DNA from: Mantamonas sphyraenae STR306
Lineage: Eukaryota; Protista; CRuMs
DNA length: 64,000 nucleotides
Assembly (NCBI GenBank): GCA_026936335.1
Contig: JAPMXV010000001.1
Location: 372,001-436,000, forward strand
Reading direction: 5' to 3'
Below the pieces are notes generated by a model. That model ran no database searches, was not told the DNA's origin, and saw only the letters and a program-made list of their open reading frames with translations. Positions 23,865-37,300 of this stretch are shown piece by piece. Positions within the stretch are counted from its first letter, which is position 1. Every line of letters begins with the position of its first letter. The position numbers and the translations under genes were made by a program.

Positions 23865-26800
23865 TCATTCATTGGTGTGTGCGGCGCCGAGAAGGTGAAC
23901 TTCCACGGTTAGCGAGTCGTCCTCAATGAAGCCAGCCGTCGTGTAGCACTCGGAGAAGAGTTTGAACTTGTGGAGGCCCCAATCCTTGTCGGGCTCAAAC
24001 GCGTGTTTGAACGCCTTGATCTCGGAGCGCGCATACCCTCCTGGGCCAAAGTCGCTCAAGGAGTTGTCCTTGTGATTGACAATCTTGAGGGCAAAGTGGA
24101 CGGTGCGAGTCTTGCGTGCGTTGGCAGAGCCAAGGTACAGGGAGATGTAGCCCTTGGAGGTGTCCGAATCCGGCTGAACTATGCGTACGTTGAGTGTCCA
24201 GCAAGTGCCATCTGCAATCTGAAAGACCTCACTCTGGCGGAAGGAGGTAGTGTGCTTGAGATCGGTAATCCGCCAGCGCCATACTTCGCAACGGTCGGTG
24301 TGGCCAGAATCAATACACTTGGCGGGTGTTACCTTGTCCGGCACCTTGAATCCAATGCGGGGCACCAGACGCTGCACGCTGAGCTCAGTCTGTGCCTCTT
24401 CCTCGCTGGTCATTGCGTGCGGAACGCAGTGAGAGCGGTAGGCCTCGAGAACCAACTCGGCAGGAACGATCCCTGATGGCTCCACAATGGAGAACAACTC
24501 CACGGGGCTCATTTGCGGGAAACGGATGTGCGGTAGCAGGCGCCGAATTCGAGCACGCAGGGCTTGGCGGAAGTGAATGCTTCGTACAGCTTGGCGTTCT
24601 TCATCCTCCTCGGCCACGTGCTCCTCCTCCAACATGTGGATGCGCTTGCGAAGTTCATCCTTCTGCTGTTGAACCAACGAGGAGGAGGAGGCAGACGACG
24701 AGGACGACGAGGACGACGAGGATGACGAGGCCGCTGCAAGATCTTCTTGCTGGTATTGCGTTGACGGGGAGGAGGAGGAGGAGGCCATCGCATGGGTGGA
24801 TGAGCTGGTAGAGGCACTTCCGCGTGTGCTGCTGGTACCCCCATGGGTATGGCGAGAGTCCTGCAACAGTCGCTTGGTGCCCCACTCGATGACAAAGTCA
24901 AACAGCTTGATCTCTTTGACGTTCAACTTGTCGTTGCAGATGATGGCCTCGACAAGCTCCTCAGAGAGACCCATGGCACTCTTTTGTCCGGCCTGACCGA
25001 GAATGCGGTCTGCATGGCGGCAGACAAAGTCAAAAACGGTGTCATAGAGGCGCTCGGTGCCCACAATGCGTGGAGTGACGTGCTGGAGGACGTCGCATGC
25101 GTTTTGGATGCTCGTGTGGGTTCGGAGAAAGGCGACGCAAAGATCGGTACCGTGGCCAAACAGGTACTGGTCCAGGGCCAGGTACAATTCGCACAAACAG
25201 CTGCACAGATGCAAACTCAGCTTTCCCGTGTACACGTACAAAAGCAGCTGGCGGAACACATAGGCGGAGATGTTGGGCACCTTGATTTCGCCTGTCTGCC
25301 CTTCGCTCCAGCCGCCGCCCTGCAGCGGAGGTGGAGAGGAGGAAGAGGAAGAGGAAGATGCAGACGACATCGACGCCTCCGGCTCAGGGGAACCAGACTG
25401 ATGTGGCTGGTCAGACTCTGCGCCTTGTTGCAGACCGAGCATGGAGGCAAAGACCTCGCTGCGTGCACAGAGTACAGCACGGTGAGCAGGTATGCGCTCG
25501 ACCTGCTCGGGATCGTCCATGTCTACAGGTTGCCCTGCATAGAAGACACCTCCGTGCTTTGCGACAATAAAAACAACGTCTGGAGGATCCATGCGCGTGA
25601 CGATCCGCTGCTCAGACAGCAACGGATTGGAGGGATGATTGGAGGAGGACTCGCTGCCGAGAGCGTTGACAATGATGCTATCGGAGGAGGTTGCGTCGTC
25701 GCCGGGTGCATCCCCGTATGGAAACAAGTCGTCCGTGGTTTGAACTCGCTGTCCACAGGCATAGAACTTGGGGCGGCTCTGCTGAGGCGGCTGGGTACTC
25801 TTGATGCCAAATCGAGCCACAGGGGCCTTGTTGGCGGATGTGCTGACGAGCACAGGGGAGGAGGACAGACTCTTTCGCAATCGAGACCGCCTTTTGGGCG
25901 ATAGCGACGAAGGAGGCATGTCGGAGGAGATGGATGAGGAAGAAACGAGATCCAGGTGATCGGATGAGGTGCGGGGAAGAGCGGATGGGGCGCTGTCGAG
26001 CGAGTGGCGTGTGGAGACATCGAGGCCACGGCGGGCGGTCACGGATCGCATAGTGCCGCCGTTCCAGGAGGTGGAGACAGAGCGAGGGAGAGGGCTGCGG
26101 GCGGTGTGTGGGCGCGGTGGAGTGGCGTTGGGACTGCGAGACAGAGCTGTGCCGAGGGACGGGTTGCTTGTGCGAGCGGCCTGTTCGACCGCAGACTCTG
26201 TGTGCCTCCTGCCCTCGAGCACGATGACAGGCTGCGACAACCCTTGCTGTTTGTCTTGTGGAGCATTCGTAGTCGAGTGGCTGTACAATCCGCTATCGCT
26301 GTGGTAGCGGGATGTGCGTGACTTGAGGACTGTGCTGCTGGCAACCTCACCTTCTGCGTCTGTGTGTGCTTCCTGTTGGGCGCCTGTGTCTGTGCCATCC
26401 TGTTGTTCATCTGCATCGGGTGTGTGAAGCCGAAATGTGAAGCTTCCCTGTCGTGTATCGCCACTCTGGCGACGCTGAGGCCGTGCGGATCGGCGAGAGC
26501 GACGCCTGCCGCTGCGGGTCCTGTTTTGCGAACCACGGGCGCGCACTTGAAGGTCGGGCACATTGACTACGAGTGGCTCTTCCGGGCCCTCATTGTCCCG
26601 TGGCCTGAGTTCATCGAAATCGACGGCGACGTTTGCCTCCAGGAAGTTTACCTCTAGGACATTGTCGAGATCTGCGATTCGTCCCATACGACGCATCATG
26701 TTGTCTTCTTGTTCTTGGAGGTGCAGTCGAAAGCGTGCAAAGCTCTCGAGATCCTGCTGGCGCATCAGGCGCATGCCATCTTGGTCTTCGTCGCGGTCCT

Positions 26801-27036
26801 CGTCGTCGTCCAAGGCACCGAGCAGCACCACATCGTCGTGGACATCTTGATCAAAGAGCTGGCCACGCATCAAATCCAGCATGTGCGCGTCGACGTCGTT
26901 CAGGTCCAGCTCTCCCTGTAATTCCAGCTGAGCAAGGGCACGCGCTCCTGGATCATCGTCGGCTTCACGATCCTCCTCGTCCAAGTCACCTTCCTCCTCG
27001 TCCTCATCATCGTGCTCATCTTCATCTTCATCGTCG

Positions 27037-27080
<44 letters not shown>

Positions 27081-29117
27081 GTTGTCTGGTGACGAGGCAA
27101 ACTGATAGCGCAGCATGCCCTCACGAGTTTCATCGTCCATACCCCAAGCCTGGCGTACATGAAAGCGAGCTGCATGTCGCATGGCGAGGTTGCGTTCGTG
27201 CTGGACGGCCATGTCGTCGTGATCGTTGCGGCGGTGTCGCAGATAGTTTGCACGCAGTCGCGTGCGGTAGCCACCACGTGCAGTGCTGGAGACATCGTCA
27301 TCGTCATCGTCATCGTCATCCTCATCGTCGTCAACGTCCTCCCTGCTGCTGTCACGGTCATCTTCCTCCTCCTCCTCCTCTTCCTCGTCGTCGTCGTCGT
27401 TGCAAATGGAGGTGTCCAGGTCGGTGGGTTTGGACACGATGGAATGGGCGTCGTCGTCATCAATGTCGGCATTGTCATCTTCGTCGTCGTCATGGATGAT
27501 GTCGTCGTTGCTGAGCTCCAACGGGTGGCGGTGGGGGTTGCTGAGGCCGGCGAGGCGATGTTGCAGCTGAGCGTTCATCTCTTGCAAGCGGCTTTGACGA
27601 GCCGCGGACTGCATGTGCCTTTGCTTGAGACGCGTATACTCGAGCTCCAGCCGGCCAACCTCATCACTGGCACGTGTGTGCGGCTCTGGATCCATTTCAG
27701 AGCGGGAGTCGTCCATCTCGGGCTCGTCGTCGTCGTTTCGCTCGGCAATTGTATAGGCCTGCTGAGCAAGCCGAACTTTGGACATGGCTTTGAGACGGTC
27801 CAAAAAACACGAGTGTAGCAGCTCCTCGCTAGCGGAGAGGAGGTCGAGGTCGGGTTCACTCGATTCGTCGTCGTTCTCATCGTCGTCGCCGTCGTAGGAG
27901 AGGGATGCAACATGCCTGTGCACACCCATGCCCCCGAGGGTGACTTGAGGCAGCTCGTCGCGCTGAAAGGCCCGCCGTGTGCGATCCCAGTCGTCTGATT
28001 TCCGCAGGGTGTTTGTCAGCAGACGGTCGGTGTTTGTGAAGAGGGAGCGAGAGCTGGGGCTCATCGAAGTTGGCATGGAATGACCATGGATGGCATTGGT
28101 GGAGGAGGTGGTGGAGGAGGTGGTAGCTGTGGTGGTGCTATGACGTTGTGTGTCTGCGACCGACTCTGCTTCGTCGTCGCCTTCGGCAGCAAGCTCATCG
28201 ATGTCGTCGCTGAGCACAGAGTTTAGGTGGTTGGAGGTGGATGTGGTGAATACACGTTGGTGGGTGTCCAGCTGTGTCGGGTACGTGGCATCTGTGTTGG
28301 GGGAGTCGTGGATGGTTGTGTCGTTGCTGCGTTGGGTACGCTCTGGATACTCCTGGGAACTCATAACCTGGACTGTTTCCGTTTCCTGTGCCCAGTTGGA
28401 GACATCCGAGTGGTTTTGGGCGTGGTGTGAACGCTGGTTGGTGCGTGTGGCGTTGCGTTTCCTGCGCCAGCGCCTGCCCGAGCTGCGGCGCTCAACGGCG
28501 TGTGCTATGAGCTGGCGCCCACGTTCCGAGATGTAGTTCTCGTCCAGGTGGATGTTGAGAGGCGATTTGAACGCGTGCAGGTTTGCTGCGATGTACTCTG
28601 CGCCTTCATCGTCGATTTGGTTGCCCCGCAGAAACAAGTCGGTGAGTTGGGTGTGGTCGGGACGCAACTCTTCGCACAGCGCCACCAAGCCTGTGTTGCT
28701 GATCAGATTCTGGTTAAGTCGCAACTCCTGCAACATTTCGCACTCGTATAGCCTTTCGGCGAGCTTCTGTGCACCGTAGTCACCTGCAGACGGGCAAAAA
28801 CGGAGAAGGAAATCACGCACGAGTGAGCGTTTCAACGGCTGGCCTGCAAAAATCCGCCGGCTCTTCTTACCTATTGTGTTTGCGTTGAGATCCAGGATGA
28901 CCAAGTGATGCATGAGACTTGCCAAAAGCATGGCGCCTGTGCTGCTGATGAGATTCTCTGCAAGAAAGAGCTTGGATATGGTGGGGCGTACGCTGTGGCA
29001 GGCGAGGACGAGTTCCTGCACGCCCTGGTCGTCGATGTCAAAGCCGTTCAGATGCAACTCGCTAATGCGTGGATCTTCTTGGAGCTGCTCGACCACGGCA
29101 GCCAATAGCTCATTCAT
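23865..29117 (-). CDS. LRR (RI-like) - long acidic disordered region - BTB - BACK - MATH protein (87-nt in-frame intron 28784-28870)
   Basis: LxLxxNxI repeats; PAHRAVLCARSEVFASM (BTB); LNVKEIKLF..VIEW and IRFPQM (BACK); YISLYL and DWGLHKF (MATH). ATG MNELL at 29117. Confidence 0.8.
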
Positions 29118-30173
29118 TGGAGGTGTACTCGCGAGGCAAAACGTTTGCCTCGACCAGGGCATCGTAGATGGTGCCCAGGGACGGTGCATACCAGCGTGGC
29201 ACGCTATGGTCGTCCCATGTGAGGGCATCCTTGTACGAGTCGACACCCGAGCCGACCAAGAGCCCGTCGACGCCACAGGAGCGACCAAACTCAATGTCGT
29301 GATCCTTGTCGCCGACCATAAGGGTTTTGGACGGCTCCATGGCAAATCTGTGGGATGGGGGCGGGAGGAGTGGCAGGTGTAAGGTGGGGTCAGGCCAAGT
29401 TGGTGAACGACGTGCTGCCAAGAGATGTGAGCGACGCACTTATCGAGGATGTGCTCCATCATGAACGGAGTGGGTTTGCCAATGGTGGCAAAGGTGCGCG
29501 GGGCAAAGGCACACTCCATGGATGCGACGATGCTACCTCCGCCGGGAAGCAGGTAGTCGCCGGCTGGGTAGGTGTTGTCGCGGTTGGTACAGAGGAGCAG
29601 GAGATCGCGGCCTTTCTCCTGGGCCTTTTGCAGAGCCAGGAGGGCGTAAGAGGACTTGAAATAGGAAAAATAGCGGTCAAAGCCGATGACAACGACGCCA
29701 ATGTCCTCGTCAATGGGCTGGTCGAGCAGTTCGTTGGGCCCAGCGCCGTACTGCTCTTTGTGGTCTTCGCCTCCAACGACGACATAGCCAGCGGCTTCGA
29801 GTTCATCGACGAGACCCTGTTGACCCACGACATAGACCTTGAGAGAAGTGTCGACGCCGTGGGCATGGAGATAGGCGCCGACGGCATAGGAGCTGGTAAA
29901 CACTTGATCGACGTCAGCGTCCATGCCCTGAGCGAGGATTTTGTCGAGACAGGTAGCACGAGAGCGAGTGCTGTTGTTTGTGGCAAAGGCGACAGTTTTG
30001 CCTGCGCTGGCGAGGTAGTTGACAAGCGCGGCGGCGCCGGGGATGGGTTCGCTGCCACGCCACAGGACGCCGTCGCAGTCAAAGACAAAGTGGTCGTAGG
30101 CGTCGAGAAAGTCAAGGACAGCCTTTGTGTTGGAGGCGTCGAGGACGGTGATGTCTTGGGTGGTGAGAGACAT
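29110..30173 (-). CDS. HAD-IIA phosphoglycolate/pyridoxal-phosphate-type phosphatase (intron 29348-29439)
   Basis: FDCDGVLW, TNNS, CTNRD, GKP. After splicing AA|GTGCGT...CAG|A the motif MVGDKDHDIEFG follows. Stop TGA at 29110-29112. Confidence 0.9.
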
Positions 30174-30238
30174 GGTGGGAGGTGTTGGGGGATGCGGTGG
30201 TGGAGGCAGGGCAGGTTCTGGTCAGCAGCAAGAGCAGC

Positions 30239-31330
30239 ATGTTCTGGGGCGGCGGCAACGGGGCGGACAAGGGGGAGGACGAACAGTCACTGAACCAAGG
30301 GAAGCGCAACACGTATGGAAGCGCAGGGGAGAAACAGGAGGGGCAGGAAAGGCAGGAGACGAGGAAAAGTGAAAGCTGGGGCGAATGGTTGTCGTCGACG
30401 CTGTGGCCAGGGAGCAGCAGCAGCAGCAACAGCAACAGCAACAGTGATGAAAGCGATGCTTTCAAGTCCATTCTGACGGCTCAGGGCAAAGAGTCCACAG
30501 AGAGGACGCTGGCGACGGTGCGGCGGCCAGAGCGGAAGAAGCGAGCAGAAGCGGACGAGGAGCGTGTGCGTGCACAGGAGAGGGAGGCGGCGATGAAGTC
30601 TCTGGAGGAGTCTGGCGAGCCATTGTACTATACGTACGTGGTCGAGGACGGGGACACGTTGCAGGGGATTGCGCTGAAGCACAACGTGACGGTGAACGAC
30701 CTGAAACGGAGCAACAATCTGTACGGCAGCGAGCTGTTCCAGAGTGAGCTGATCATTCCGCTGTCAGCAGACCACCCGAACTATGCGGCGACATTCGAGG
30801 CGCAACGAAGGGAGCAACTGCGGAAGCGTTTCGTGCAGGAACAGGAAGAGGCGAGCGAAGAGTAGGTTTTTGGCACTGGGTGGGGGGCTGTGCAAGGAGT
30901 GGTTTGACGCGTGCTGACACGTGAATGGGGTGCACACTGGTGTTTGCATGCAACACGGGCACGTTTGTGTGTTGTTGGGTGTAGGGATGCGGAGCACTTT
31001 CTTTGCGAGGCACTGTACAATTACAAGGAGGCTGTGGAAGCGTTTCAACGCGCTTGCGTGAACGACCTGCGGCGGCTGAGCAAGCCAAGCTCGGCCGTTC
31101 TGAGAGACCGGAAGGAGATTGAGAGCGCGGCGGACAATGAGGATGAAGGGGACGGGACGCAGATGCTCAAGAGGCGCATGCGTGAGGAGAGTAGCGGCAG
31201 TGTTGGGGAGAGTGGGAAGCGGTCGTTGTCGACGTCGTCGTCGTCGCCATCTGCATCCACGTCGTCGCCCATGTCGTCTCAACGGGCCAACACGCCTAAA
31301 TTTTCCACGGACGACATGTTTGAGTTGTGA
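30239..31330 (+). CDS. LysM-domain protein with a UBA-like helical domain (intron ~30862-30984)
   Basis: YVVEDGDTLQGIALKHNVTVNDLKRSNNL; then EEDAEHFLCEALYNYKEAVEAF after splicing. Confidence 0.8.
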
Positions 31331-31392
31331 GGAGGGATTTGGAAGCGTGGAGAAAGAGGGATCACATCGAGCCAACAATGTCTTTGTTAGTT

Positions 31393-32667
31393 TTACGAAA
31401 GGGAATCGATGAGCGACTTGCGCATGTCCTTGAGGATGTTTGTGGGCTGTGCATCCTCGAGCTTAAAGATGTGCTCGAGGACAGCAATCTCTGTGGAGGT
31501 TGTGTCGAGGCCGCAAAAGGCGGACCAGTCGTTGGCGACAATGCCCGAACCGAGCTGCTCAGAGCCTCGGTTGACGGTACCAGCCACGAGGGGCACCTGG
31601 AGAAGCTTGGAAAGCTCGTCGAGCTCCTCGACTGTGGTTTGAGGGTGGACAATTCCGCCGTTGTTGGTGAAGCGACAGTAGGTTCCGACGAGCGAGTTGC
31701 TCGCGATGCTGTGAGTACAGAATGGGTAGATGGGTAGGTTGGAGGTGGGTTTGGGTTGGTGAGAGTTAGTGGGCAGGCTGTGCGGCCGTGCGGCCGTGCA
31801 CGGAACGAGAGTTGGTTGTGTACACACCTCTGTTGAAAGACCTCGACGCCAAGGACGTCGGCTACGATCTCTTCTGTCTCCTGAGGGTGGAGAGAGGGTC
31901 ACAAAGAGGGAAAGACGGGCGGAGTGTGTGCAGTGTGAGCAGATGGACGAGGGTGAGGAGCAAGGGGGTGGGGAAGACGGAATCGGACGCATTTCGACGC
32001 ACCCTATCAAGGTCGGGATGGGACAACGCCACATAGTCGTTGCAGGCAATGCAGTTGCCGAGGGCAGAGAGGCGCTCTTCAACGCGCTGTAGGGAGAAAG
32101 GCGGTGTGCAGAACCAGAGGCACAAGCGGGGGTTGAGAGTGTTAGCCAATCTTTCCGTGAAAACGCAAGCAGGAAGGAGCCCTGCGTTCGGACGTGGCAG
32201 GAGGAGCACAGCGTGCATGGAGGCAGGTGAAACAGACCTGAACAACCACTTCGTCTGGAAGAGAGTTGCGAATGTGGAGCAACTCCTGGTCGCTGCAGGT
32301 GTTTGGCAGCAGGAGGCCGTTCTTGTTGCCTGGCCGGACCCGAGGCAAAGGGTTGGGTTAGCACAAGGTGCACACGCGAAGGATACAGGCAAGGCGGAAG
32401 CGAAGGTGAAGAAGCACGGGAGGAGAAGGGACGATGCTTGTTTGGGAGCGGGGTGGGAGGGCGCGACATACCGACACAGAGGTTGCCGACGAGAGCGGAA
32501 TCGGCGACGTCGGCATGGATGACGGGGATCTTGCTCTCGTCCAGCTCGTTCTCAAACACCGAGTAGAAGTTCTGCGAACCTCCATTGGCCACCAGACAGT
32601 AGCTGTTGGTAAGGAGGGAGAACACACCGATCTCGGAAGAGTTTTCGTACTCGCAACGAACTGCCAT
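31393..32667 (-). CDS. EIF6: Eukaryotic translation initiation factor 6 (5 exons)
   Basis: [53 protein letters not shown]. Confidence 0.97.
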   Translation of the reverse strand: MAVRCEYENSSEIGVFSLLTNSYCLVANGGSQNFYSVFENELDESKIPVIHADVADSALVGNLCVGMSRPPTPLPNKHRPFSSRASSPSLPPCLYPSRVHLVLTQPFASGPARQQERPPAAKHLQRPGVAPHSQLSSRRSGCSGLFHLPPCTLCSSCHVRTQGSFLLAFSRKDWLTLSTPACASGSAHRLSPYSALKSASLPSATALPATTMWRCPIPTLIGCVEMRPIPSSPPPCSSPSSICSHCTHSARLSLFVTLSPPSGDRRDRSRRPWRRGLSTEVCTQPTLVPCTAARPHSLPTNSHQPKPTSNLPIYPFCTHSIASNSLVGTYCRFTNNGGIVHPQTTVEELDELSKLLQVPLVAGTVNRGSEQLGSGIVANDWSAFCGLDTTSTEIAVLEHIFKLEDAQPTNILKDMRKSLIDSLS

Positions 32668-32809
32668 GGTGTTCTTGTGTGGATTTGGGTGGTTTGACCA
32701 GGGCTGGGCATTCTTCGAGGCATGGATGGTGCTGCCAGGTTGAGAGAAAAGAGAAAGCATGTGTCCCAGGTGAAGTGAGAGTTGGAATGGAGGGGGGGGG
32801 GTTCGGAGG

Positions 32810-34214
32810 ATGATGTCGATGGGCTGGGCCGCTGGACTCGCCAACCTCGCCAACCGAAACAACACGCGAATGTTTGTGCGCCAGAGCGTCCGAAAGGCAG
32901 GCTTGGTTCAGACGAGCCGGGCAGGAGTGAGCTGTTTGAAGGTGGATGTGGCTGGAGAAGGCGAGGGGCGGCGGGGTATGGCGTCGGCAGCCGGGTTTGG
33001 TGGTCGGTCGTCGGTGAGCGGCATCACGGCAACGGTGTTTGGCGCAACAGGGTTTGTGGGCCGATACGTGGTGGGCCGCCTAGGCCGCATTGGGTCGCAG
33101 GTGGTTGTGCCGCACCGAGGAGACGAGCACGATGTGCGTCACCTCAAGGTGATGGGCGACCTGGGCCAAATTGTGCCTGTACCTTTCCATGCGCGTGACC
33201 GGGAGTCGATTGCACGTGCGGTGGAGCATTCGAACGTGGTGATCAACCTGGCGTCGCGCGACTACGAGACAAAGAACTTCAAGTTTGCGGACGTGAACTG
33301 CACGCTGGCGCATACGATTGCCGAGGTGTGTGCCGAGGCGCCGAATGTCGAGCGGTTTATTCACGTCTCTGCACTGGCAGCAGACGAGGACTCGGCATCC
33401 GAGTGGGCTCGCACAAAGGTACGTGGTGGCGACGTGGTGTGTAGGGTGTCTTTGCGTGCATGGGACTCGGTGCGCAGGTGCAAGGGGCGCAAGAGGGCCT
33501 TTTCAATGCGCGCAGAGCGAAAAAGCAGCGTGGAAGCGGAACTGGTCTGAGCAGGCGTAGAGAGACAGCGGCTGACACAGAAAGGCACGTGTGGGGGCAA
33601 AACACCTGGCGTACACACGGATGGACGTTGTGCGTGGGCACACACAGGCTGTGGGCGAGGTGCAGGTGCGTAGCGCGTTTCCGAACGCAACGGTGCTGCG
33701 GCCGGCGGACATTTTCGGCCACGAGGACCGCTTCATCAACTTCTTTGGGTGGCTGCTTAGCAACTTCAACCGCGTGATGGCGTACAATGACGGACAGACG
33801 AAGCACCAGCCCGTGCACGTGAGCGACGTGGTGACGGCAGTGATGCACGCACTGCGGGACCCGTCGACAGTGGGACAGGTGTACGACCTGGCTGGCCCTC
33901 GCACATACACGCAGGACGATATTTGCGAAATGATCTGCGCGGAAACGAAGCGGGACTTCAACAAGCTGACCGTGCCCAAGCTTGCACATAAGCTGTCGAG
34001 CCGCGTGTGGAACCTGGCGCCGCACCCGCAGGTGAACCCGTCCAAGGTGGAGCTGCTGTACGCAGACAATCTGCTGGACGCCAACACGCCGAACAAGGTG
34101 TTTGCCGACCTTGGCATCGAGCCCGAGGCGCTGGAGGAGCACATCACCAACTACGCACGCCGCTACATGAAGCTCACGCGCATGATGGGTGTCAACATGG
34201 ATTCCCAGGCATGA
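32810..34214 (+). CDS. NDUFA9: NADH dehydrogenase 1 alpha subcomplex subunit 9 (39 kDa; intron ~33419-33648)
   Basis: GGRSSVSGITATVFGATGFVGRYVV, LKVMGDLGQIV, RPADIFGHEDRF; mitochondrial presequence-like N-terminus. Confidence 0.95.
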
Positions 34215-34370
34215 GTGCAAAGTCTCAATGGCGCTGTGCGGAGACGGGAAACTGGGAGGGAGGGAGGAGGAGCGTGTGTTGCAATGGGTCGGAAAGGTTC
34301 TCGAGGACCGCGCCGTCGAAACAAAAGCAATCCCTGCCCAAGAGCCTCTGATATTTATTTGGCAAAAGAG

Positions 34371-37300
34371 ATGGCATCGACAGATCGCAACGCAGATCTG
34401 TCGACGCGTCCATCGCGCATGATGTCGGATGCGGTGCCCATGTTTGACCTGGAGGAGCTTGCAACTTCGTCCAGCAACGAGTCGGAAGGGCGCAGCAGAG
34501 TGCATGCGATGCTGCACTCGCACAGTACGCGTGAGCGTACGCTGTCGCAGAGCTCGAGCGGTAGCGCGGACAGAGTTGGCGTGTCGCCGATTCCTTTGCT
34601 CAACCTGGATCGGCGCCAAAGCGTGCACGGGTCGATTGCAACCCCCGAACAGTCCACATACGGACAACGATCGAAATCGAGCTTGTCACAACTAACCAGC
34701 CCGGCACGAGGGATGAGTAGGGCACCGTCTTTGGGCTCGGGCAGCCCTGTACAGCATCCAGGGTCGGTGGCACGACGGATGAGCGCCTCTGGGTTTGGCA
34801 AACAGTTTTCGCCACGCATCCAACGGCAAATAGCCAACTTTGTGGGGTCGGACAGTGTCGCAGAAGAAAGCCACATGGAAGGGGTAACGGAACGCACAAG
34901 TTCTCGAGTACACAGTGTGGAAGAAGAGACGAATGAGGAAAGCGGGGTGGAGCCGTTGGTGGACGTCGTGGCGGAGGAGCTGGAGAACGGTGTACAGGTG
35001 GAAATGGCACTACAGCCGCTACTCAACACAAGCGATGGCCTGAGCAGCATGTTGGACAACCTGTCGATGAAGACAGTGCGGCTTCAGTTTGATCAGGAGG
35101 AGTTGGAACGGTCGTTCCAAGCAAACCTGCCCGAGCTCACGGCTCACTACTTGCCCTTTCTTCTCCTCTTCCTCTTTGTGTTTGCCAACGCAGAGCAGAT
35201 GACACTATTCGCCGAGCACTTTTCCGGGCAGTCGTGGATGAGCATGCCCGGCATTGCGTATCTCGTGTTTATTGGCGTTGTGTATTCTCTCGCCGTTTCG
35301 CTGCTGGGAGTCCGGACAAGGCAGGCGTCGCACAGTGTGCACGGCCAGACGCGTGCGGTGCTGCTCATCATTGCTGCGGGCTCTCTCGTGCTGCAGATGA
35401 TATTCGTGCAGCGCCTGTATATCGCCACGCAGGTAGCGGTGGCGGCGGCCAGTTTCACGCTGACGGGCTTTGCGTCCTACTCAAGTTTGTACTTGGCGGT
35501 GGCGTATGTGCTTCTCCCTGTGCTTGTGTTTGCAATGGGTTTTGTGGTGGACCCGGTGGCAGCAGAGGCAGTGATGTCCTCGCGGGCATTTTGGCTCAGC
35601 TTTGCGCTGCTGGCGAACATTGTGCTCATGTTGTACCTGAGCATGCGGCTGGTAGAGAGCGACGCCCGCGAACAGTTTCTATTTGACTACTTCCGGCTGC
35701 TGTATCTGGAAGAAGTGGAGGCGCAGAGGGCTATCAACGATCGGTACCTGGGCAACATTCTGCCGAGCGCCATCATCGCCAAGCTGGAAGCAGACCCGTC
35801 GCTGATTGCGGAACCGCACGACGACGTGTCGGTGATGTTTTGTCGCTTCCAAGGCCTGGACATGCCGAAGGACAGGGAGGAGGTGGCAGACCTGCTGCGC
35901 ACGTTTGCCAAGATTCTCAAGGTGACGGACGAGCTGACGGACGCGCACGAGGCGGAAAAGATCAAAACGATTGGATCGAACACAGTGATGATTGTTGCTG
36001 GGGTTCCTGAGCAGAGGGAGAAGCATGCGCGTGTGCTGGTGGACCTTGCGTTGGATTTGCGGGACGCCTTGAACACGCTGTACGAGCAGGGGCGCATCAG
36101 GAGAGTACACTGCCAAATCGGTATCAACAGTGGGTCATTGGTGGCCGGTGTGCTGTCCACGCGCGCAGGCTTGTCGTTTGACGTGTTTGGTGACTGTGTA
36201 AACACCGCGGCGCGGATGCAGTCGCACGGAGCGATTGACCGCATCCACGTGTCGTCGTCGACATACTTACATGTGAAGGACGACTTTCCGTTTGTTGTTC
36301 GCGAACCGATGGACATCAAGGGGAAGGGTGTCATGCAGACGTACTTTGTGGACACAGAGCAGCTGGAGCGAAAGCAGCCAACGACGAGCACAGCGACCAG
36401 AGCAACGGATGCGTCTGCGGACTCATCCAAAGGAGGTGTGCGCGCCTCGTTGATGTCACGTGCACACAGTCTTCGCACAGTGAAGGCCAGCAGAGCGAAA
36501 CGGATGGCCAAGGGCATGGCCGAGGAAGAGGAGAGAGAAAGCAAGGTGGTGGAGAAACCGCAGCGGGCAAGGAGACGCAGCAGCGCCAGTGGCAGCCAAA
36601 GTTCCGATTATTCGAGTCCGAGGCGATTCCGCATGGAGAGTTTGATGGAAATACCAGAAACAGGGCTGGGCGAGGAGGAGGACGTGGAGACGGGGGAGGC
36701 TGGGGAGGCGGCAGTGTTGCAAAAGTCTGGGTCAAGTACGGGATCGGATGGGTTGGAAATGCGATGGGAAGACGTGCGCCCGTCGGAAGATAACGAAGAG
36801 ATGGAGGAAGGAGATGGATTCGACGTGATGTTCAGCAACCCGGAGCTGTGGCGTACGCGGGTGCGTGCGGCACGCCTGCCAAGCCAAGGGTCGTTGGGGA
36901 GGATGGAGATACCAGCAGGACAGACGCGTGTGCAACGAACGCTGAAGTTTAGCGGTCTGACGTACGAGCGAGAGGCGTTTCGGACGACGCGACGGCTGCG
37001 GTCGTCGACGATTGACTCGGGGTCATCGCGGGGCACAGAGGACACAGGTACGGTTGAAGGGGGCGAATGGGATGGCCAGGGTGCAACCAGTAGCGACGTG
37101 CGCGCTTTGGTATCGCCAAAGAGGACTCGGCTGGAGCGACGCGGTCGGGCGATGAGCGAAGCGTCGGGAAGCCCACCAAAACGACGGCACGTTGGTGCAA
37201 CGGTGGCGCCGATTGTTGGGGACGTGAGACAAGAGTCGGAGGTGGAGAGAGGTGACAGAGGAGGAGATGATGGGACCCTGGATGCGGTGTTGGTGGGGTC

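Noticed and set aside
23865-30173. 2102-aa HAD-LRR-BTB-MATH ORF as the default single protein
   Set aside because: It reads through a canonical intron and loses HAD motif IV. Splicing gives a complete phosphatase with its own stop. Kept only as a possible alternative isoform.
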